Part shown: positions 49,601 through 60,830 of the stretch, one piece after another
Layout of the letters: every line of letters starts with the position of its first letter
Numbering within the stretch: position 1 is the stretch's first letter
Origin: Zootoca vivipara
Lineage: Eukaryota
Direction of reading: 5' to 3'
DNA length: 64,000 bases
NCBI RefSeq assembly: GCF_963506605.1
Contig: NC_083283.1
Coordinates: forward strand, 84,010,001-84,074,000
The notes under the pieces: generated by a model
The model's database searches: none
Told to the model about the DNA's origin: nothing
What the model saw: the letters and a program-made list of their open reading frames with translations, nothing else
Program-made: the position numbers and the translations under genes

Positions 49601-50354
49601 AATGGAGAATAGTGCCATATGAATCAATAGTGTCAGTCCTACAGCAGACTAGAGCGTTCTCAATAGCTAAAGTAGCTGAGGACTGAGGTGATAGTGAAAA
49701 CCTTTCTTCTAGCTTTATCTGATGTGGCAGCTTTGATGTCAAGTGGGTGGTCCACAAAGTGTGGGGGAGCTAAGGATGGACCTGCTGGCCAAATCCTGTT
49801 CCCCACCCCTGAAGCAGAAGTGAATGTCAGCTTTCCTGAAAAGCATTTGTCTGCACCACGTCTGTGATAGCGCATCTAAAACCAATGCAGGTTATAGGTG
49901 GAACACATCCCCCTTGGGCACTGCATTTCAGTTTTTAATGTAGTGGTTCCCTGAAAGTAGAAATCCCTGTATCATGCATTGTCTGTGCAGGGCATTTTGT
50001 TCCCTAACACTGCTTGTCAGTGAAATTGTAGGAAAGTGAGGCTGCTATGTGTATGCATTTCCTGAGGTTTTTTTGTTTTTGTTTTTTTGCTGTACCTACA
50101 TTTACATCTGAGTACATAGTAAAGCAGAGCATGTCTAAAGGGAGCTGTTAGCAGTGTAGGTTGCAAATATATGGTGGCTCGATAAAAGTGTCTGAAATCA
50201 TTTCTTCAAATGAAAACCGTCTATGGTATATGCCTTTCACCCAGCTTTTGTGTTTTCTTCAGCGTTTGGCAGAGAGAAGAGTGTGTCACTGAATAACCTA
50301 AACCTGGACCAAGTTGCCAAAGCCTTGGAGAATGTTGTTAACAGCAAAGCATAA
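40442..50354 (+). CDS. NDUFA2: NADH:ubiquinone oxidoreductase subunit A2 (B8), 3 exons, 101 aa
   Basis: Exons 40442-40548, 48250-48356, 50263-50354: [64 protein letters not shown]; AATAAA at 50393-50398. Confidence 0.97.
41828..42066. mobile_element. Tc1/mariner (Tigger-like) MITE
   Basis: CAGTTAAACCTCGGTT...AACTGAGGTTTGACTG; related to 26910-27147. Confidence 0.75.
42360..42776 (-). repeat. 3' LTR
   Basis: 417 bp; no difference from 47754-48170 found by eye; preceded on the minus strand by the polypurine tract. Confidence 0.95.
42470..46600 (-). pseudogene. Pol polyprotein (protease, RT, RNase H, integrase, chromodomain, long C-terminal tail), interrupted by two homopolymer frameshifts
   Basis: LIDSGA (PR); MPFGL and FLDDILIYS (RT); ETDAS, RELLAI, TDHKNL (RH); H-H-C-C, SMDF/SDRG/QAER, GPF (IN). 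Frame breaks at the G7 run 46272-46278 and the C8 run 44500-44507. Confidence 0.93.
46471..47712 (-). CDS. Gag (sushi/PEG10-like): coiled coil, capsid, PEPMEIG motif, CCHC zinc knuckle
   Basis: Intact 413-aa ORF with [56 protein letters not shown]. Confidence 0.93.
   Translation of the reverse strand: MSAQEAEHWRLEAEAAKQELQNLTAHAQQQLHAAQEEARGAQEELNKLVDQVRTKEETEKQLRVMVLDLQKKLEEEKAARGGGVPQPQLVQVRRGQSLVTKFSGDPREYLGFETEINYALELHAAEFPDDAHRVSFIIEHLTGAAREWVRPLIAQKNPCMKNAKLFLEALKIMYASDSEMEATKEELHNLTQGKSTVRDYWARFTMLVHKLGWDLQSEPVKSAFYMGLHADVKDELARGPKPRTMDELSKAALAVGVRQESRWNDKQATRAAKPWFPRSQDRPHHQTPPQGPPPHPPRPSPEPEPMEIGGARAGAFQTPAAPRRKEGRGGNCFLCNSPRHRVRDCPHRREWQGKAGTVVPSPADAAPQQGNETAWLQETRGSGQAQSADNSPRPPTRTERSTASPPLPEQEWF
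46536..46606 (-). promoter_or_regulatory. -1 programmed ribosomal frameshift signal (G GGA AAC + predicted H-type pseudoknot)
   Basis: Slippery site at 46606-46600 in the gag frame; stem 1 GCCUGGCUGC/GCGGCCAGGC; loop GGGGG can pair with downstream CCCCC; the -1 frame is open into the protease. Confidence 0.85.
47754..48170 (-). repeat. 5' LTR
   Basis: Matches the 3' LTR; AATAAA at 47814-47819(-); predicted transcription start at 47891. Confidence 0.95.
48691..49087. mobile_element. Young CpG-rich non-autonomous hAT element in NDUFA2 intron 2
   Basis: TIR CAGGGGTCCCCAGACT...AGTCTGGGGACCCTG; 8-bp TSD ATCTAGTG; internal inverted repeat at ~48830-48957. Confidence 0.9.
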
Positions 50355-50623
50355 GGAAAACAAATGGCAGCTGAATTTAAATCAACTTAGAAAATAAAGC
50401 TGAAGTATCTTGTTTAAGCCAAGATGGTCCCCTGTAAGTTGATTCTTCTCACACTCTATTGTTAATCTTTGCACACCCAGTGCTAGGCTAAAGAACAGAG
50501 AATAGTAAACATCACAGGATAAGGCTTCTTTAGAAGTGCCAGGGATATTTACTTTTACCACTCTTCAGAAAAACAAGAAAGTGTTCTGTTCACAGGCTTG
50601 TTAGCAACAAGCCAGCATCACTA

Positions 50624-53600
50624 TCAACTTTGTAAGGAAGTAGACTGTAGATTTTCAGCTGAAGCACGAAGGGGACAGTTCTGGGGGAGAGCAGTCAGCT
50701 GGTTGGCAGTCCAAATGAGCACTTTGACCCGTTCTTGCAGCTGTAGTTTATCCTGATGCTGCTCTAGGGCCTGTAGTCCTGACTGACCTACAAAATCAGT
50801 GACAACCTGGGGCAAGAAAGAGAAGACCAAAGTTAGTTCTGAGCTTGCTCATAACTCTTGAGCCTTCAGAAAATACAGGAACGGCAGATAGCCAAATACC
50901 TCTGGCCAGTGATGGAAGAGGAGATGCAGTAGTTCAAGATCTTGAGCCACCACTTGGTCATCAGGAAGGGCAAGGATGCTAATGAGGGGGAAGACTACAG
51001 CCTTCTGATGCAGTGCCTGGCAGTAGGCAGGGCCCTTAGCAGCTATGTTGCACAGCACTGTCAGAACCTGAAGAAGACACCAAAAGGCTAAGGTTAGGAT
51101 TCTGCCACTCTAATCTTTACAGTAGTATCAAGGAACTTATGTGGCCTTAAATATCTGGCACTGGTTGCTTACCCGTTTGCTTTTCACTGCCTTCTCTTTG
51201 AAGATTAAGTAAGTTGTACCAGCTAGTGACATACCTGGAACTTCCTATATTGTTGAACTGATGCTCAGTATATGTAATGATGCTGATGCATCTCTCTTAA
51301 TTTCAATTGGGTTGGAAGCAAGAAGGGCACCCTCAAGCAAAATGAAGGTTTCCACATAGCTAGTGGAACCCTGAGGAATACTAGCATGGCTCGGGACCCA
51401 ACTACCTTCCCCAGTACCAACCACCTTGGACCCTACAATCAGCAGGTGAGGCCTTGCTGGTGAGGGCTGCCTAGTTGGCGTTGACCTGTGACAGAGCCTC
51501 CTTAGTGGCAATTCCTGGTAAAGTGCATTTGTTTCCCTCACCATTGACTTTCAGAAAGAGTTTAAAAACATTACTGTTTAGCCAAGCATTTGATGGCTGA
51601 AAGATACTGCTCCTGGCAACCCTTGAAATCACTGGTTGAGAAAATGTTTAATTGCTTTTAGAATGCTTCCTCCCTTTGGGAGGAAAGGCAGTATATAAAT
51701 TAAATAAACTCCCTAAGCCCCTAAAAACCCCTTGGAAAAATGGTGTATTACAGAACCAAAAGACAAAAACTGACCAAACAGCAAAAAAAGTTGTGCTAAG
51801 AAGAATTTAAGTACAGAATGAATCTCATCGCCATTGACAAATCCAGTATTTATAAATTAGTATTTTGATTCTACTAAATACCCTTTTAAATGTGTTTATG
51901 GGAGAGGGGAGGGAGGTTATTGCATTCGGTTTGTGGTATTTTCCCCCTTGTTTTTATTATGTATTTTGCATTTTTCTTTCCTATTTTTATGTTGTGAACC
52001 ACTTTGAGATCTAAGGATGAAGGATTGTATACAAATTGAACAAATTATAAAGTAAGAATAATTTAAAAAGACAGATTGCCAGTTTCACATCAGTGGCTGA
52101 AGTGGCTGTTAAGAGCCATCCCCTTAGCAATTTGGGGATGGCTCTTAGTCCATCTGCAAGCAATTTGAACACAACACACTTCAAAGTGGTGGCTCTCAGC
52201 ACCCATCAGCTGATGAACACTAAAAGCCAACCAGCTGCACTAGGGGGTTCCCAATGGATACTTCCTAGTATGGGTTACAGGTAGGTAGCCGTGTTGGTCT
52301 GGGTCGAAGTAAAATAAAAAAATTCCTTCAGTAGCACCTTAAAGACCAACTAAGTTTTTATTTTGGTATGAGCTTTCGTGTGCATGCACATGAAAGCTCA
52401 TACCAAAATAAAAACTTAGTTGGTCTTTAAGGTGCTACTGAAGGAATTTTTTTATTTCCTAGTATGGGTGATTTTGGTGAGGCTCTCTACCAATACCAAT
52501 CAGTATTAAGAGGCAGCCCTACTTGCCAAAAGTCACCTTCCCCAAAACTGCACAAAGTGAATATCCAGTTTCAAATTCTCTGGTGTTCATAGAGGGGAGG
52601 AAATCCATCCTCAACCCTGATCAATACTGTAACCTACCAGCAAGCTCAGCCTCTCGTAGCACAAGAGTTTCAGTAGAGATGGAAAGAGGTCTGGGTTGAG
52701 CAAAGCAGAGCATGATCTGATGCTGTCAGCTGGGGGAAAAGAAAGAAAAATCTCAATCCCTATTGGCATTCTGTTCAACGGAAAAAGTGAGCTACCTGGA
52801 AGAGTCATCTGCAGAGGAAACTTTCAGCATGCTTACAGTAGGCAGCTAAAACAGGCTTTAACTACTGAATCTAGCCTTTCCCAGCCCCAATGGAGAGAAG
52901 CCTAGGATGCATGAGCAAGTCACCCTAGTTTTTTGCTGCATGGAGCAAGGATACTAGATCTCACAAATCATATCGTCTGCCTGAAAACCTCTCTGTACTG
53001 GAAACTTTTAATAATACCTTATTCTGTATGCCACCTAGACAACAATGTTATTGAGTGACTTTAAATGGGTGTGCAGGTGGGTTTAAATCCTGCATCATCT
53101 TAGGAGCAGGGGTTAGATCTTTTCAGTCTGACAGGATTCAATGCAAACCCTGATTCAGGATGGTGTTTGGATTGCAATCACCTGCTAAAATGGACACCCA
53201 CCTACAACCCCCATCCCGGCTTTAGCAAGAGGATTCCATGCAACCCCCTTCATGTATCAGAAGGAGGTATGCATCAAAATCTCCTGCTAAAGGGGTGTTT
53301 TCACATTGTTTTAGCAGGTGATTCCATACAAGCCTGCTAAAAGGATGGGGGAAAGCCTCTTATTTTTAGCAGCACCTTGCACGTGATGTCATGTGATTGA
53401 GAAGCAGGCAGCCCCAGCTACCAATCCTGATAAGAATCTGGCTTGTGGAGCCACAAAGGTTCCCCACCACCACCACCCTACCCTGTTATAAATAAAGTAA
53501 ATTATTAGGCTGTAAAAGAAAATTCTAATCTCATCAATTTATTGTAACTGTTGAGATCTACCTAGCCTTAGTACTATCAAGGTCAATATTCTTTGCCCAA

Positions 53601-56600
53601 TTAGAAGAATCCAATAGATAACGAAGGAGAGGCAAGGCAGCAGTACCACTTGCTTGGTTTCTCATCTAGTGCTGTGTGTGCCAGGATATACCTGTCAGGT
53701 TGTTGACGAGCCACAGACACTCCTGGGCAATGAACAGGTGTTCAGAGACAAAGTACTGTATGAATCCAAACAAGGCCCTTAGAAGTCTCTCTTCCTGTTC
53801 TACGAGCTCACCATCGCCCACTTCATCTTCTGCAAGAAGATTGGCAACACACCGCACCACAGGACAAATCAACTGACAAGAGAATTGAAAGAAATACATT
53901 CAGAAGGAGAGTCAGGGAGCACAGCCAGGCACCTCAAATATATTTCCTATTTACTTTACCAGTTCTACACCCTCAACTGAAGTTGTTGACATCACAGAAG
54001 CCAGTTCTAGCAGCAGCTGCACAAGGGATGGCACAGTCCTTTGAGAGATCAGCAGTGAGTTGTTCACCCGGCTACAGAAAGGAAAAAAAAGGACAGCTAT
54101 CCCACTTCAATAGGACTAGGTAGAGTCCCACCTCTATCCAACCCATTAAAAGGCTTTTCTCCTATTCAGTCTGCTCAATTTTCAAGTGAAATCAGTTTTT
54201 GAATATGCAAAGTTGAAAGTGGGGGGAATGGGATGTCAGAAATAGTTGTAAGGTGCAGGCAACAGTAGCCATGAAAAACAGTTAGACTTTGTGACCTTGC
54301 TATATTATCACACTCATCACCCTGGCTTTACAGGAAGGGGTTAGCTCAGTGGGCCTTAGGCCATTTTCAGGTGGACCTCACTTGACAGCTTCAGGGGACC
54401 AGCAGGATTTAAAACCAAAGGATAATGCCCACTTATCAAGATGACGGGCATGGATAAAAATGATCTGTCAATAAAGAGCCAACATTTTCCATTCTTCATA
54501 TTTCCTCAGCAAAGAGGTGGGAGGTGGGGAATGTAGTTTGTTTACAAAGCAAATATTTGTGCAAGCTTCCCTGATCGGAGTCAGGCCCATGCCCTTTGCA
54601 TCTTTGTTCTCAATGTGCACTACCAACATGCATAGACAATCCACCTCCACGGCTCACTCAAGAATCCTAACCCACTATTTAGGACCTCCTATGTGCCACA
54701 GAAACACATTTACCTACAAATAATGTAGTGAAGACCCCATGCAAATTCCACTGCAGCTCCTATTCCTTCTTCCAGGTTGGAACAAACCAAGTGAAGCATG
54801 TCTTTGGGGAGGGTAGAATTTAGGACCAAGCTGGGGGCAGAAGAAGAAGAAAAAAATCTGTTTAGTTAATAGGGGAACCGTGTCAACTATCCCAGAGGCA
54901 GAGAGTGATAGTAGTTGGAGGAGATATATTGCTTTTGGTAGCTTTACACACACCTTTCTGTATAGTTTTAAGGACAAGCCACATGTCATCTACCATTCCA
55001 TAGATATATTTGACCAAAAAGACCTAACTGACTTTTTAAATATATCTGTTTTAGTGAAGGGTTGAGGAAGATAGACATGAAACTCCTTCAACAGCTCCAC
55101 TGTCAGGACATGGCCATCAGGCATGGCCTTTTAACAAGATGCCCACCTCTCCTCAAGCCACATGAGTTCCTCCCTCCCTCCCAGCCGCCCCAAAACTTCA
55201 GCATTTCAGAAACTAAATGTGCAGCTTATTATGTACAGTACTTGCTTAATTAACATGCAGCACTTGGAATGTTAAAAGGGTACTTTGAACAGGACAAGGT
55301 ACCAAGATTCACATGATAGCACTTGATACTTCATATCAAAATACAGTGCATAATTTGTGGGGTTGATCTTCTTGCAACACCGATATAAATAAAAGTGACA
55401 GTTTCTATGAATCTAACTGTAAAGTAAGGATATGAAAGACATCATAAAATAAAGGAAGAAATTTCACAGGGCATAGGCAAGGTCCACCGCCTAAAATGCT
55501 TAACACCACACAAACTCCAATGAGAAAGATGTTGGTGTGGCAAAAGAAATCTTCAGGATTTTAAAGCCAGATCATCCCATTAATGTTAAAGACTAAGGTA
55601 ATAGCTGAAGTATGTCCCCATAGAAAGTTTATTTGTGGAGTTGATTGATTCACTTCTGCTGCCAGCATACAGGAGACCCAGGTTTGAATCCCCACTCAGG
55701 CATGAAGCTCACTGTGTGACCTTGAGCCAGTCACCATCAGGGTTGTTATGAGGATGAAATATATATATAAAAATATATAATTTATATAAATGCAATTGAT
55801 AAAATAAAATAAGTTAGTAAATGAGTGACACCGAGATTGGTCCCTGGTGTGCACATAAACTTTTTTTTAAGGGATTGGAGTAACCAAGAAGGAAGCTGGC
55901 TATGTCACGCACGCACACACAGATACAGGTCAAATTCTGAAATGAAGAGATTATTCCACTTACGGTATGATTTCAGCTGGAGCTTCCTTAGACTGCAAGA
56001 GCTGTGACAGAACGTAGCCTACACCTTCCCGCACCACCACATGAGGGGACTGAAATCAGAGTACAACAGTCACCATCCATTGGTTCAGAGTAAAAGGCTT
56101 CAATGTGCTATGTACCCTGTGGAAACACATATGTGGTTGCAGGAGTGGAGGGTGCTGAAGTTACAAATATAAGCAAAAAGCTTAATGATACTAAGAACAA
56201 CAAGCTGCTCTTTGAGAACATCTTATTAATTGCTTTCATGGATTATTGTATAATCAAATGAAACAAGCCACAATAAATCATTCAGTTCTGGGCAGCAGGA
56301 TTCAGAGTCCTCAGTCTCTGTGTTGCGTCGAGGGATTCCACTTATTCTAACAGTGGTAAATGGATAGTGCATGACTCAAATGCACTCTTTGATTCGACAA
56401 GGCTTGTACGCAGCTGGCATTCAGAGTGTCTGAGCAAAGACTGTTTCCCACTTACCTGGATGCAGGATGCCAATACTGGGATAATGCCCTGAGGTAGAAG
56501 TTGTTTCTTCACAGCCGTCATCTCAACCACCAAGTTCCCCAATGTGTACAAACACAGCTCCTGAAATACAGGGAGGAACATGCTCCATATTCACCATTCT

Positions 56601-59232
56601 ATAACTGCAGCTTCTTGCACAATGCTACAATACCTGCAAACAACTCTAGGGACAGGAAACATTTCCACTGGAGCGGAGAGTAGCTGAGAAGATTTGGAGA
56701 TGCAGAGCTGTAACAGCTCAAGCAGCAAGAAGAAATACAGTCATACCTCGGTTTAAGTACGCTTCGGTTTGAGTACTTTCAGTTTAAGTACTCCACAGAC
56801 CCATCTGGAACGGATTAATCCACTTTCCATTACTTTCAATGGGAATGGGAAAGTTCGCTTCAGGTTAAGTACGGACTTCCAGAACCAATTACACTCATAC
56901 TTCAGGTTAAGTACGCTTCAGGTTGAATACTCCGCGGACCCGTCTGGAACGGATTAATCCACTTTCCATTACTTTCAATGGGAAACTTCGCTTCAGGTTA
57001 AATATGCTTCAGGTTAAGTACAAACTTCCCGAACCAATTGTGTACTTAAACCAAGGTAACTCCAATGAGAAAGATGAATTTTTTTATTTTGCTTCGACTC
57101 AGACCAACACGGCTACCTACCTGTAACTTAAACCAAGGTACCACTGTACAAGCAATGGAAGCATATATTTCTGAAAATAATATTAATGTGATCAATAACT
57201 TTACACCAATTGTCAGAGGTCAGCATCCATGTGAGCCTTTGCTACCACCCTTCAATGGGAGACCTCCTATCCAATGAACCTTACAATGATTCTTCCAACT
57301 ACCGTATAGCCGGACTACAATCACTCCCTCATTCCAGGATGTACTTGCAGCCAAGTTCACGTCACTGCAAAAGGCCCAGGCAGCCACAACTTTCTCTAGT
57401 CTTCACATTTACCTCTCCCATGTTCTTCAGACCTTTAATCCACACTTTTCTGGTATCTAGTGGCCTATCACTGGGGCACATTTGCTTCAAATGTGCAAAA
57501 GGGCCTATTTTATCAGATAAAATCCAATTAAGTTGAAGTCAATAGCAATGTACTTTGTTCCATCTTGAGCCACTTTTTAAACTCAAAAAATAAGAGTATG
57601 TTGGAGGGGATAGTTTTCATACTCTGTAATGTGGAGCCAGGTGTAGGCAAAAGGTCACACTTCATTTGCCTTACCAGAAGCTGGAACAAGCAGAGTACTG
57701 CCGGCCTGGATCTTACCATAAGGGCTACACTGTGTCCAGAGAGGTACGTCAAGAGGTAGGAGGTTGCTGGCAAACACGCCTCAACCACATCAGGGTCCCT
57801 GGAGTGGGAGAGTTCATGTAAACAGCGAGCTGCATCCATCTGCAGATCTGCCAGATTGCCAGTGAAGAGACCAACCAGCACACGCATACTGCCCTCCAGC
57901 CTACAAAATTAAAACACCATCTTTATGTAGTCCTCTGCCACATCACATACTCTTTCTATTTATCTGTTCGACTGAAGGAAAGTAAATGTGAAGTTGGAGC
58001 TATCCCAATAGCCTAATAGTTGTCACTATTGCTCCTACTATCATTATTATCATCATATTTATCTTTTACATTGACATAGCCACTCACCCAAAAATATTCC
58101 ATGGGATATTACTGTTCATCTGCATGGCCCAGGAAATCAGACAAATTCCAACTGAAGGGTGCTTAACACAGTGTTTCCCAACCTTGTGCCTCCAGATGTT
58201 TTCGGACTACAATTCCCATCATTCCTGACCACTGGTCTTGCTAGCTAGGAATGATGGGAGTTGTAGTCCCAAAACATCTGGAGGCAAAAGGTTGGGAAAC
58301 ACTGGCTTAACAAACCTAAACAACTTGACAACTTATTTCCCACCCACCCCAAACTGGAATAGAACATTGGAAAGTTTATTTAACCCGGATTGGAACAGTA
58401 TATAAAGTTTACCCATTCTTCCCACACCAAACCCCCACAAGTTAGTTCAGGTTATCAATTCAAAGTTAGAGTCTGTCTTAAAAAAAACATGAGGTTGTGC
58501 ACACACTAGACACAGCCAAAGAATAGTGAAAACAAACATCCAAAGTCTAAAAGAATATTTGTCCTTAGGAGGCTTGTATACTTAGCCCTCTTCTCAACCC
58601 AGAAAACAGCAGGGAGGACAGAAACGTTAACAGACTAGCATTCAACAACCTGTTGGATGAAGAGGAGAGCATTTTTGTACGCCAGAGAGTGCCTCTCTTC
58701 TTCTGGGGTGCTCATCTAATCTCTGGAGCTGCCACACTTTCAAGGTCATGGACACCTAACAGAAATCCAGCTAACAAGGAAGTTGGACCTCTCTCCACTT
58801 AAGTTGGGTTGTTTCTGCGCAAGGTAAGATGGTGTACTGCACCTAAATAGTTCCATTTACTTCAACACAGACAAGCAGCACCCCCCAGAATAGGTGTCTG
58901 CAGGTCAAGTGCACATTAACTAACCTGATGAATTTCTGCTGGTTTTCTCTGTGCTGTAGTCCTCGTCGAAGGAGACGCAGAGATGTTGCCCTGTCTTCTT
59001 TTCCTCTTTGGATGTTTTTCAGCAGCTGTGAAATCTGCTAGTGAGCAATACTGAATCAATGACAGACCTTGGAGAGAAAGCAAATCTCAGGTGGAAGCCT
59101 CTCGCTGCTGTCCACCTCTGTGGTATGAAGGGCTCAAACAATCCTGGTGTCTCATAGACCAGGGTGTGGTGGGCTATGAAATTTAACTATTTAACATCTC
59201 TTTTGAAAGAAAAAGGACATCAACTTGAAATA

Positions 59233-59283
<51 letters not shown>

Positions 59284-60222
59284 TTATTATTTATACCCCG
59301 CCCATCTGGCTGGGTTTCCCCAGCCACTCTGGGCAGCTTCCAACAGAAATATTAAAATACAATAATTTATTAAACATTAAAAGCTTCCCTAAACAGGGCT
59401 GCCTTCAGATGTGCTCTAAAAATCTGGTAGTTGTTTTTCTCTTTGACATCTGGTGGGAGGGCGTTCCACAGGGTGGGTGCCACTACCGAGAAGGCCCTCT
59501 TGCCTGGTTCCCTGTAACTTGGCTTCTTGCAGCGAGGGAACCACCAGAAGGCCCTCGGCACTGGACCTCAGTGTCCGGGCAGAACGATGGAGGTGGAGAC
59601 GCTCCTTCAGGTAATATTACTTGGGCATTGTACTGCTTACATGGCACTTTCATATACTGTGATCATAAGCTAGCTATAAATCAAAAATATCAGTTATCTC
59701 CAAACAAATCAAAGGGATGTGTGATTAAATGTTTTAATATCTAACACCCAATCAACTTCAAAAAATGGACGATCTTCCTACCTCTTCTTCAGTGAAAGGA
59801 GCTGCTGCCCCACTGTCCATTCCAACCTGCCCTTCATCCATTAAGGTGTCTTCACATAAAAGCCGCTTGCTGATCAACTGCTGATGCCTCCGCGCCCTCC
59901 GTAGAGCTGCAAACAAAGCAGCATATTGTTACCAAGCTGCCGCAATACAAGGAGCAAAACAAAGGAGCAAAAAGAGCTTGTTAAATGTTAATTACTGCCA
60001 CAAAGAGCAAAGTAATATGCAACTCTCTCTCGTCCCAATAAAGCTGCAGAAGGAAGTCACACACAAACCTGACTCGCACTCTCTTCTCCAAGTCCGCAGG
60101 TCCTCCACGCTGCAGTTGTGTGGCCCCCAGCGGCTTTTTCTCCAGCTCCTTGGACCAGTGACTCCATGGGAGGCAGCAGCTGTGGCTGCTTCAGCACCCG
60201 GGACTGACCCAAGAGAAATCAT
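50624..60222 (-). CDS. TMCO6: Transmembrane and coiled-coil domain protein 6 (importin-alpha-like IBB + ARM repeats), 12 coding exons
   Basis: Exons 60069-60222 (start uncertain), 59782-59906, 58925-59034, 57717-57900, 56456-56560, 55964-56049, 54714-54830, 53960-54071, 53692-53872, 52638-52729, 50900-51067, 50624-50806; all in phase. Motifs ALRRARRHQQLISKRLL, AARCLHELSHS, ELCLYTLGNL, AVEFAWGLHY, ECLWLVNNLT; syntenic with NDUFA2. Confidence 0.92.
52276..52455. mobile_element. Penelope terminal-repeat fragment inserted as a near-perfect palindrome
   Basis: Homologous to ~1257-1378; 14-bp TSD TTCCTAGTATGGGT (52262-52275, 52456-52469). Confidence 0.85.
56738..57146. mobile_element. Tc1/mariner MITE with an internal tandem duplication and a nested ~67-bp insert
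   Basis: CAGTCATACCTCGGTTTAAGTAC...TTAAACCAAGGTACCACTG; TA flanks; repeated ctggaacggattaatccactttccattactttcaatggg. Confidence 0.8.
58169..58304. mobile_element. Palindromic hAT MITE
   Basis: Inverted near-copy of 14114-14249; TSD GCTTAACA. Confidence 0.9.
59229..59612 (-). mobile_element. L2-type LINE 3' fragment with an expanded (AAT)n tail
   Basis: Encodes KRAFSVVAPTLWNALP...LKAALFREAF; (AAT)n at 59229-59283. Confidence 0.85.
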
Positions 60223-60439
60223 AGCTCCTGCTCTGAGCCTGGGCTGCCCTCTTAGACAGCAGGCAGCAACATATAGAGCGCCCCCTCCTAAAAATGGGGG
60301 CAGAGCCGGTCCTTTTAAAGGGACCAGCAGCTGGTCACTACTGTCGGCTCCCAACTCGTGTCCACAGAGCCACGCATTTGCGTGCAATTATTATAATATA
60401 TATATTTATTTGCACCCCGCCTTTTTTCCTGACATGATA

Positions 60440-60830
60440 TAGCTCGCCCGGCGCGGGCCACGGCTGAAGGGCCTTCTCCCTCTTCCCAGCAAGGGGCTGC
60501 CGCTCAGAGGAGCCCGGCCTGCCTCTCAGGGGCCAACACCAGCAAGGCCGGGAGGAGGAGGAGGGCGGGGAAGGTCTCTGGATGGCAAGAGAGATGGACA
60601 AGCAGAGCCGCCGCAACGGGAGTGAGGGCTGGGCGGAGGCCTTGGTCCAGGGCACAGACCAACTCCGCGCGGTTGCCAGGACAACAAACCCAGAGCTATC
60701 AGACGGGGTCGCGGCCGGAGGAAAGGAAGTAAAGAGAAGGAGGGGCAGACATCTTGGCGGATGTTTCAACTATCGGCTCAGTGCGCCTGCGCAGAGCATG
60801 GGACTTTTGCCCCTCCGTCCGGGAAAGGAA
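60440..60830 (-). promoter_or_regulatory. CpG-rich promoter of TMCO6
   Basis: CpG-rich segment upstream of the first coding exon; NRF1-like TGCGCCTGCGCA at 60782-60793. Confidence 0.6.

Noticed and set aside
53170-53350. Imperfect inverted repeats (cctgctaaaa/ttttagcagg)
   Set aside because: Probably an old decayed MITE; boundaries and TSD could not be defined.
12733-58304. Recurrent ~136-bp palindromes as a CRISPR-like array or miRNA cluster
   Set aside because: Dispersed, each with TIRs and an 8-bp TSD, so they are hAT MITEs.
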